From positions 6,274 through 70,273 of the IMG/VR virus record IMGVR_UViG_3300005099_000475: a DNA stretch of 64,000 nucleotides, one strand, 5' to 3'. This stretch comes from a virus. The number at the start of each line of letters is the position of its first letter. Within the stretch, counting starts at the first letter, position 1. Below the pieces are notes generated by a model. The model was not told the DNA's origin. It searched no databases and was given only the letters and a program-made list of their open reading frames with translations. Of this stretch, positions 56,873 to 64,000 are shown one piece after another. The position numbers and the translations under genes are program-made.

Positions 56873-58889
56873 ATTTAGACCATTCCTTCATTGGGAGTCT
56901 ATCTATATAGTTCAGTCTCGATGCCACGCAGCTCAACGCAGCCCCGAATAAATAGAACTGAGAAACATCAAATAAAATTAAATCATATCCGTTTTCGGCA
57001 GAAATTTCTTCAAGAACATCAATCTTTTTTCTCTCTATTTTCCACTCTTCAGAATTAGGCTCAAACAATTCTATATAAGTTCCAGCTAAAATCTTATAAC
57101 CTACTGGTATATTGTTTGTTATACAAAACTCGCCTAACGCAGCATCTTCTATAGGAATTATCTCAGCAAATCTTTCAAGTTCTTTAAGAGCTTTTTTATC
57201 TGCGGAAGGAATAACCACCATTACTTTGGTGGGGGAAATGGGACAAAATATGGTGTCCCCGTGATAAGAATTTGAACTGATGCAAACACACCCATTCCTT
57301 CGAACTACTAACAAATGATATTTGGGAACAGAAACATCATAAAATTCTTCATTAGATACTCTCTCAACTTCGAGATTCTCCCTAACACAACCAGTGCAGT
57401 AAGTTTTGTTATAATCAATATCAACTACATATTCCTCAAGGTTTCCTAAATAGTTTATACTATTAATTCTAAATACTTTTCTTACTTTGGAACGAAGTCC
57501 ACATTTGACACATAGTTCCTGAACATCATCTGCTAATTGTTTTGAACAAGTATAATAAGTCATTGTGTAACAGTTATACTCTTTTTTCCTTCGATAATCG
57601 AACTTCCTTATTCTCTTATCACCATCACCTTTAACCAAAATCTCAACAAACTCCCTTATAGTCTCTGAAGATGATAGCTTAATGAATAAAGGAACTCTCT
57701 TCGAACGTGAAGTTTTACCACAATTCGAAACAACAAATTCAGCAAAAGAATGTGAATAAATTATGATTCCCTTCTCATTTAAAGAATAACTTAATCCTAA
57801 ACGACTTACCAATTCTTGAATTTCATTCAAATTATTTTTATCATACTGAGAAATGAAAATTGAATCTTGTCCACAAGAACCTTCAGAAATATACCAAGCT
57901 AATAAACGAACAATGTCTTTATAATCAAATTTCTTTCCAGCAATTTCTATTTCTTTTGGGTCTTCAACATCAAAATCTCCAGCACAAAGAAATGATATAT
58001 ATTGTGAGCTTCCAATTCTAAAATTCTTGGCTTTGATAAACTTGAAAGAACTAAGTCCTTTTCTCGGATCGGCAGAACGAAAAACATAATGGTCAGCAGT
58101 TACTCGCAAATCCATCCTCTTGCCATTGAAATGATAAACATCACCAGAATAGTTAATCTTTATCAGCTTTATAGGTTTTTGATATTCAATATTACCTGTT
58201 TCAGGATTAAAGGTTGCAACTAAATCATCTTCAGAAAGTTGCCAGAAAAATTTCCAACCATCTAAAGTTAAGATTTCTGTTTTTGAATCATAACAAATTT
58301 CTGACTCTCTTCCAAGTTTTATTAACCTACAATCGAACTTTTCTGCTATCCAATCAAGAGCTTCGGGAGACGTTCTTTCACCGTAAGAACAAATATAAAT
58401 ATTATCATACAAATATTTCATACAGGGTTCGCCCTCGAAAGTCCATTCGGGATTAGGAGGACGGTATGTCTTATATCCCATTTCATTTAAGAACCATTCG
58501 GCCAAATCTGATTCGGGTTCCCTTCCTTCGGCCTTGAAACTCGAAATTATACACGTCGGTTCGTCAACGTGCGGCAAATAAACGAACGAATTGACCCATA
58601 CCAAATCCTGCAGCAATGGATTCGGAGGAAGAGTAAGAACCAAGGCTTCCATCGAAAGAATTCTAACAACATTCATCCATTGAGCCACAAGTTCGTCCAC
58701 ATTAAGAAGTTTTCTTTGTTCTTCCGTTAATTCTTGCATGTAAACGTTGTTCTCCACGCTAATTCCCTGAATTATCGGAGGACAGACAACGAAAACGGGA
58801 ACGTCCAAATCGGACGGGGTTCTCAATCTGTCTTCAACTTTTATGTCTTCCAAAGCTTTTCTATCAAAAACAAAATCTTCCATTTTCAT
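56862..58889 (-). CDS. amidinotransferase/arginine deiminase (pentein) superfamily enzyme containing an intein
   Basis: VCPP, QW, QDLVW, REPE, FEGE, YGERTS, YHGDT and GAALSC (catalytic Cys). Confidence 0.85.
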   Translation of the reverse strand: MKMEDFVFDRKALEDIKVEDRLRTPSDLDVPVFVVCPPIIQGISVENNVYMQELTEEQRKLLNVDELVAQWMNVVRILSMEALVLTLPPNPLLQDLVWVNSFVYLPHVDEPTCIISSFKAEGREPESDLAEWFLNEMGYKTYRPPNPEWTFEGEPCMKYLYDNIYICSYGERTSPEALDWIAEKFDCRLIKLGRESEICYDSKTEILTLDGWKFFWQLSEDDLVATFNPETGNIEYQKPIKLIKINYSGDVYHFNGKRMDLRVTADHYVFRSADPRKGLSSFKFIKAKNFRIGSSQYISFLCAGDFDVEDPKEIEIAGKKFDYKDIVRLLAWYISEGSCGQDSIFISQYDKNNLNEIQELVSRLGLSYSLNEKGIIIYSHSFAEFVVSNCGKTSRSKRVPLFIKLSSSETIREFVEILVKGDGDKRIRKFDYRRKKEYNCYTMTYYTCSKQLADDVQELCVKCGLRSKVRKVFRINSINYLGNLEEYVVDIDYNKTYCTGCVRENLEVERVSNEEFYDVSVPKYHLLVVRRNGCVCISSNSYHGDTIFCPISPTKVMVVIPSADKKALKELERFAEIIPIEDAALGEFCITNNIPVGYKILAGTYIELFEPNSEEWKIERKKIDVLEEISAENGYDLILFDVSQFYLFGAALSCVASRLNYIDRLPMKEWSKYGK
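57270..58295 (-). mobile_element. intein (342 aa) with LAGLIDADG-type homing endonuclease
   Basis: Starts CYDSKTEILT; block B VTADH; LLAWYISEGS and FVEILVKGDG; YDVSV; ends ISSN before a +1 Ser. Confidence 0.9.
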
Positions 58890-60937
58890 TTTACCTTTAA
58901 CCAGCAACGGCAATTTATTCGCAATTCAGGAGGTAATTTTATATCTCCCGGGCAATCAGCCTTATATCCACCAACATCAAACTTTTCATTTATGTCTATT
59001 GTTACTCCATGTAAGGCTAAATGTTCTGGCCTAACCTTCTCATCACCCATAGTCATCCAAGTTTTTTTAGTTTTTCCTTTCTGTTTTGCAGTTTCTAAAA
59101 TCGTTTTATTAACCAAATAAGTGGCTTCAGTTTGAGCTAATTTTTCTATTCTCTCTCCTGAAACTGAATCTACTAATTTTCTGTATGTTTCATTAATAGC
59201 CTGTTCAGCGGGCATTCCCCTTTCGATGTTCTTTCTTATTCCTTCGGCCAACTGAATCAGAGTTGTTCTGTCCACAACCTCAAAAAGCTCTTTTGTCCAA
59301 GATTCGGCTAAATCATAAAAATCTTCAGGGGTCAATCTCGAGACTTCACCAAACCGCTTGGCCAAAGAATAATGTAATGCAAATATAAATTTAGAAATTA
59401 AAGTCCCATATTCTTCTTTTTTCTTTTCCCTAAATTCTTTCAATGAATCTTCAGCAATTGCTATCAATTCTTCATCAGAAGCTAAAGGATGGTCATACAA
59501 AAATTCATTGAGTTCTTTTACCAAATAATTCTTTTGGTTGTCGAACAATTCCGTTAGTTTAGTCACCAAATAAACGGCGGTCATCGAATGCAAAAAATCG
59601 AAATCGCTTTCATCAAAAGCTTTAAACTCCTTGGTCGGTCCTTCTGGTGGACTTTCAGGAGCTTCAGAAGCTGGTGGCCTTCCGCCGGGATTTTCTGGTT
59701 TTCTGCCGGAATCAACGGGCATCATGTTAAGAGGCATCATATAAACATCGCCGCCTTCACGGGGAGGCAGATTCATAATTGCTCTTGCTTCATTGAGGGA
59801 AAGAACTCCATTTTGAATAAGCATTATCAATCTTCTGGTTTTGTTGAATCTGTTGGTTTCGAGAGCTTCGATTTTTTCCGTATTGACCGCGACATAAACT
59901 TTTCTTCCGCCAAAACGGGACAAAATTTGCTCATTGAATGCATCGAAGAATCTATCCAATAAAGGAAGAACTGTGTCTTCCCAAAATACCCTTCTTTCTA
60001 TTTCTATAGTAGCCCTGTTTCCCGCTTCCCTTATTCCGAGAACACCGGGAGGAACTTGGTAAATCGCAAGAATATCTTCCCTTGTGAGCCGTTTTATTTC
60101 CATTATGGCAGCATCTCTAAGAGGAACCTGAACTTCTTTAAATTTCAATCCGCCTTCAAGGATGGGAACTTCGTAAGCACGATCGATTCCAGTATAAGCC
60201 TCCTTCCAACGCTTCTTTATTCTTTCGTAAACGGCGTCCGTAAGAACCTGATCAGTTTCCAAAACGCCACCGAGAGTTCCACCTTTTTCGAAAAACCTTT
60301 CAACGTGCTGATCACAATATTTAAGTATTTTTCCAGTCTTCAAAGCACATTCCAACGGAGACAAACCAAGAAAATCGTCCGTCGGATTGAAAAGCTTTAT
60401 ATGAAAAATTCTTCTCGGATTCAATTGAACCGATTTGGGATTTTGAGCGTATTCCCAAGCTGTTAATTCACCGTTTCTAATTATGGGTTTCATTCTGTGG
60501 GATTGAAGAGGGTAGATGGCCTCCGGTTTGCCTGTTTCGGGAGCGACTTCAGCAAAGAAATTGCCGTTCAACAAAATATTGACACAATAAGATTCCAACA
60601 AATCGCCAAGGGTTCCCACCCCTTTCGGATTCAAAACGAACTTCGCGACTTGATTGTCCAAAGGAATTAATTTTTTGTTTCCGTCTTCGTCGTATCGAAA
60701 TATATCGACGGTAACAGTTCTCGCCGCCTTCGCAATAGCATGAACAGCAGCATAAATCCAAAGAATCTGTTGATAAGCCTTGGATTTTCCTTCCGAACCG
60801 AAAAGTAAGAATTTCGGGTCTTCGAAGATGTCGACGGAACTTACATCGAGCCAAAATCCCTTTTCGTTCTTGACGACGAATTTCGGTTCGGATTTTGTTT
60901 TTTCTTCTTTCTTAAATATCTTCGAAAATAATCCCAT
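58886..60937 (-). CDS. HK97-family portal protein fused to a MuF/SPP1 gp7-like minor head domain
   Basis: LLNGN, GLSPL, ILEGG, LSLNEARA; C-terminal WMTMGDEKVRPEH...INCRC. Confidence 0.92.
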   Translation of the reverse strand: MGLFSKIFKKEEKTKSEPKFVVKNEKGFWLDVSSVDIFEDPKFLLFGSEGKSKAYQQILWIYAAVHAIAKAARTVTVDIFRYDEDGNKKLIPLDNQVAKFVLNPKGVGTLGDLLESYCVNILLNGNFFAEVAPETGKPEAIYPLQSHRMKPIIRNGELTAWEYAQNPKSVQLNPRRIFHIKLFNPTDDFLGLSPLECALKTGKILKYCDQHVERFFEKGGTLGGVLETDQVLTDAVYERIKKRWKEAYTGIDRAYEVPILEGGLKFKEVQVPLRDAAIMEIKRLTREDILAIYQVPPGVLGIREAGNRATIEIERRVFWEDTVLPLLDRFFDAFNEQILSRFGGRKVYVAVNTEKIEALETNRFNKTRRLIMLIQNGVLSLNEARAIMNLPPREGGDVYMMPLNMMPVDSGRKPENPGGRPPASEAPESPPEGPTKEFKAFDESDFDFLHSMTAVYLVTKLTELFDNQKNYLVKELNEFLYDHPLASDEELIAIAEDSLKEFREKKKEEYGTLISKFIFALHYSLAKRFGEVSRLTPEDFYDLAESWTKELFEVVDRTTLIQLAEGIRKNIERGMPAEQAINETYRKLVDSVSGERIEKLAQTEATYLVNKTILETAKQKGKTKKTWMTMGDEKVRPEHLALHGVTIDINEKFDVGGYKADCPGDIKLPPELRINCRCWLKVK

Positions 60938-62442
60938 TAGTGCAAGAACAGCCTTTCTTTTTCTTCTTTATCGAATCTCATTATTCTTATCGAAGGTTGA
61001 CGATAACCTTCTCCAGTTGCTTTTCTGTAAGCTTCGCGAGCGAAGAAACACGCCATGACCGTGTCAGAGAAGGTCGAAGATTCGTAATTCTCCAATTCCT
61101 TCAACCAAACACAAAGCCCACAATTACATCCTTTTCCGTGAGAAGAATTGTCTGGAATGGCCCATAATGCTTTCTTGAACTCCAAAGAAAGGGACGGTAG
61201 GCCCACATTTTCGTCGAATTTCTGACTTCCCGTGTAATAACCTTCGATGGGAAGATCGTATCTTCCCATCTCGGAAATCCATTCTATAAGAGCTTCTTGA
61301 TAACCATTGTTCTCGACCAAAATCAACTGATGCTTATATTTGTCGTATTCCTGACAAATGAGTTTGGCGGTCAACGGCGAAGAAAATCTTCCGACGACGA
61401 TTGAAACCGGAATTCTTATTTTTTCCGGCGTCACCGCAATGGTGAAAATACACGTTCGGGGATTCGATTTCTTTTGTTTGATTCCCAAATCGACGCCCAT
61501 AAAGAACTGCCAATCCTTTTTCGTTTCCCCATATTTGAGAAGGGGATCTTTGCAAGCGTCAATACTTTCTTTAGTAAACAAAGCGGTTTCCACAGAAGTT
61601 ATCTTCCCTTGAAAACCGCGAGCGAAAGCGACTGGACCGACTTTTTCCCTGTGCTTTTTAAGGCTTTCGGTCGGCCACCTTTCCGGCCAAACGGGATTTA
61701 ACTCCTCGTCTATCACCTTTATGTACACATAATATTGATCGGTTTGCTTTATCAGCTCCATCGACAAATCTTCGGCGGTCCAAGGGGTAAAAATGTAAAC
61801 GAAAGGATTGTCTCCCAAGATATTCATCCAATTTTCGTAAAACGCTTGCTTGATGGCCTTTTGTCTCGACGGATACACCAAAGAGTTAGTGAAAGAAACA
61901 ACATCGTCAAAAATGATCAAATCCGCCCTTGCGCCGGTCACAGCGGAGAGAATCCCTTTGCCTTCGAGCGACGGATCAGTCGTAATTATGTCTCTCTTTA
62001 TGAACAAAGTCGATTGATTCCAAAGCCCCCTTTCGGCCGGTTTCAAATCGGGAAAAAGTTCGTGAAGTCGAGGATTCATTTCGATATGTTTTTGAATCGC
62101 CATTACCCTTTTGTGGGCGGTTTCGTCGGATTCACAAACGATCTTGACGAGCAAGTTGGGGTTGTTTCCCAATTCCCAAAGAACCCTTCCGATGGTCAAT
62201 TGCTGAGTCTTGCCGTGAAATCGAGGGGCGAAAATAATTGCTCCCAATTTCGCTTCTTCGGGGGAAATGAGTCCGGCTTTCGCCGATTCGTGTTCTTTTT
62301 TGACTTTGTCTATAAGCTTATGCCAAGCTTTATGAATGTCGGCAGGCGGGAGATAATCTTTATTATAGGAAAGGATGTAATCGACTCCCAACCAAGAAAC
62401 CTTTCTCGCGGTTTCCAAAAATTTTTTCTTAATTGAATTCAC
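60937..62442 (-). CDS. terminase large subunit
   Basis: APRFHGKT, TGARADLIIFDD, MGVDLG, VENNGYQ, DTVMA. Confidence 0.93.
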   Translation of the reverse strand: MNSIKKKFLETARKVSWLGVDYILSYNKDYLPPADIHKAWHKLIDKVKKEHESAKAGLISPEEAKLGAIIFAPRFHGKTQQLTIGRVLWELGNNPNLLVKIVCESDETAHKRVMAIQKHIEMNPRLHELFPDLKPAERGLWNQSTLFIKRDIITTDPSLEGKGILSAVTGARADLIIFDDVVSFTNSLVYPSRQKAIKQAFYENWMNILGDNPFVYIFTPWTAEDLSMELIKQTDQYYVYIKVIDEELNPVWPERWPTESLKKHREKVGPVAFARGFQGKITSVETALFTKESIDACKDPLLKYGETKKDWQFFMGVDLGIKQKKSNPRTCIFTIAVTPEKIRIPVSIVVGRFSSPLTAKLICQEYDKYKHQLILVENNGYQEALIEWISEMGRYDLPIEGYYTGSQKFDENVGLPSLSLEFKKALWAIPDNSSHGKGCNCGLCVWLKELENYESSTFSDTVMACFFAREAYRKATGEGYRQPSIRIMRFDKEEKERLFLH

Positions 62443-62707
62443 TTGTTTCCAATTCCACTTCTTTAAGTTTTTCCTTAATTCGAATTATTTCTTCGGAATC
62501 TTCTACCTGCCTTTTCTCCTTATCTTTTCCTTTCTTTTCGAGATAACGTTCTATTTCGAAAACTTTGTCGGTCAGATGAACAAAAGCGGAAACAAGATCC
62601 TTAATTCCAGGCTTCCTGGCAGGATTGTCGATTTCGGCCTCTATTCTGTCCAAAATTTTTATTGCGAGCTCGCCGGCTCGCTTCTTCCATTCTTCAGCCC
62701 TATCCAT
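62429..62707 (-). CDS. putative terminase small subunit
   Basis: Small helical ORF overlapping the TerL start; TATAGT 6 nt upstream of ATG. Confidence 0.5.
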   Translation of the reverse strand: MDRAEEWKKRAGELAIKILDRIEAEIDNPARKPGIKDLVSAFVHLTDKVFEIERYLEKKGKDKEKRQVEDSEEIIRIKEKLKEVELETSEFN

Positions 62708-62739
62708 TTTTCCACTATACAACATCAACGAAAGTTGAA

Positions 62740-63429
62740 ATGTTTATAGAGATTTGCCGATTTATGGCTTTTGTAGAAATGATGAAATTCAAAACTTGCA
62801 TTTCATGTCCGAATTTGGAAGTCAAAGGAACTTTAGTAACTTGCCAGCTTGGAAAACTTCCGCCCAGAAATTTAAAAACCCTTTCCCATTGGGATTTAAT
62901 CGAATTCAGCAATTGTTGCTTCGGTAAAAGTTTAACCCTGAAAGAAATCGAAGAAAAAACGAAAAAATTCAAACAGGGATTTTTCGAACCAAATTCCCAA
63001 AAACGCTTGACAAATTCGGAAAAAATATCTATATATTTAAGGGAAATGGGAAAGCCGAGCAAAAGAGTAATGACGGCGGTTTTGAGCGCTCATAAGACGA
63101 GTTGGAGGAACATTTTCGACGCCTGCGAGGAATTTGATCTTTCCGAACAAGACTTCGAATTCCTTCTGTCTTCTCACATCGGAAAAGACATACTATACAA
63201 CGGAAAGAAATTCATTCTAATAGGTTATATGAAGCATCGGATTAAGATTCCTTCCAAAAAAATAGTCACCTTGTATTTCATAGTTACGGACAAAGGAAAT
63301 TTTATCCTTCACAAATCGGACGAAATAAAATCCGCCGAAACAAACATTTACATTAAACCTTCCGTTGGAGAAAGTTTTAGACGAATCAGACGACCTTCCT
63401 TATTCGAAGTAAAAATAGAGGAAAAATAA
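62740..63429 (+). CDS. hypothetical protein
   Basis: Long ORF with CISC motif; start uncertain. Confidence 0.55.
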   Translation: MFIEICRFMAFVEMMKFKTCISCPNLEVKGTLVTCQLGKLPPRNLKTLSHWDLIEFSNCCFGKSLTLKEIEEKTKKFKQGFFEPNSQKRLTNSEKISIYLREMGKPSKRVMTAVLSAHKTSWRNIFDACEEFDLSEQDFEFLLSSHIGKDILYNGKKFILIGYMKHRIKIPSKKIVTLYFIVTDKGNFILHKSDEIKSAETNIYIKPSVGESFRRIRRPSLFEVKIEEK

Positions 63430-63466
63430 CTTGACAAAATTTAAATTTGGATTTATCTATTCAGAT

Positions 63467-64000
63467 ATGAATAAGAAGAAAAATAACAAAAAAAGGACTA
63501 AAACAAGTTCCTTTGGTTCTCCTGGCAGAATAAATCATGATTCTACACCCTTTTACACAAGCAAATTATATGAAGGACTGCCTAAGGAACAGAAGGTTAA
63601 ATATGTAGAGAATCCCATCCCTCCACAGTTCTTAAATAAAATATTTTGCAAATCCTCTGAAAAAATGGAAGAACTACCTGACAACAGCATTCATCTAATG
63701 GTAACTTCACCACCCTATAATGTAGGAAAAGAGTATGATGAAGATTTCACCTTAGAAGAATATTTATCGTTTTTAAAAACAGTCTGGAAAGAGGTCTATA
63801 GGGTTCTTGTGCCTGGAGGCAGGGCATGCATCAATATAGCGAATTTAGGAAGGAAACCTTATATCCCTCTTCACGCTTTTATTGCCAAAGATATGTTTGA
63901 ATTGGGTTTTCTGATGAGAGGAGAAATTATATGGAATAAAGCATCTTCTGCGAGTCCTTCAACAGCGTGGGGTAGCTGGCTTTCTCCTGCAAATCCTACT
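63467..64000 (+). CDS. beta-class N4/N6 DNA methyltransferase, truncated by window edge (not in ORF track)
   Basis: MNKKKNNKKRTKTSSFG...HLMVTSPPYNVGKEYD...GEIIWNK...TAWGSWLSPANP; TTGACA at 63431. Confidence 0.9.
   Translation, partial: MNKKKNNKKRTKTSSFGSPGRINHDSTPFYTSKLYEGLPKEQKVKYVENPIPPQFLNKIFCKSSEKMEELPDNSIHLMVTSPPYNVGKEYDEDFTLEEYLSFLKTVWKEVYRVLVPGGRACINIANLGRKPYIPLHAFIAKDMFELGFLMRGEIIWNKASSASPSTAWGSWLSPANPT

Noticed and set aside
56108-58889. Known 7-deazaguanine or hmU hypermodification pathway
   Set aside because: No folE/queD/queE/queC/dpdA, dUMP hydroxymethylase or hmU kinase genes were recognised in the window.
1-64000. Stop-codon reassignment explaining split genes
   Set aside because: The breaks are frame changes, not in-frame stops, and most genes are full length in the standard code.
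1-64000. Archaeal virus, suggested by GGTG-type RBS and small zinc fingers
   Set aside because: bS21, TTGACA/TATAAT promoters, the M15 peptidoglycan peptidase and a lipobox protein indicate a bacterial host.
1-64000. Integrated prophage with host flanks
   Set aside because: No integrase, clear repressor, att site or host housekeeping block was recognised; these could lie outside the window.

Overview
The window is most of the genome of a tailed dsDNA bacteriophage. It has an HK97-type head and a long non-contractile tail with DUF2163/NlpC/GTA-like tip genes. No integrase, tRNA or CRISPR array was recognised. An anaerobic NrdD/NrdG pair, sigma70-like promoters, an M15 peptidase, a lipoprotein and ribosomal protein bS21 point to an anaerobic, probably diderm, bacterial host (inference). 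The left arm (1-31.9 kb) holds replication, recombination and nucleotide genes: ligase, SNF2 helicase, dUTPase, NrdD/G, SbcCD, UDG-fused PolA, primase, DnaB, SSB, UvsY-like and RecA-like proteins. The right arm (31.9-62.7 kb, minus strand) holds morphogenesis genes followed by a glycosyl-/methyltransferase cluster. The most striking element sits between the portal and the prohead protease. It is a two-enzyme cassette: an intein-interrupted amidinotransferase (pentein) family enzyme and a soluble phosphatidylserine-decarboxylase-like pyruvoyl enzyme. It may be an undescribed polyamine/guanidino pathway tied to head assembly. Other notable items are a multi-hairpin intergenic RNA candidate, a mirror-symmetric divergent promoter pair, gene-boundary repeats and several frameshifts that may be sequencing errors. 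All product calls come from motif recognition by eye, not database searches.
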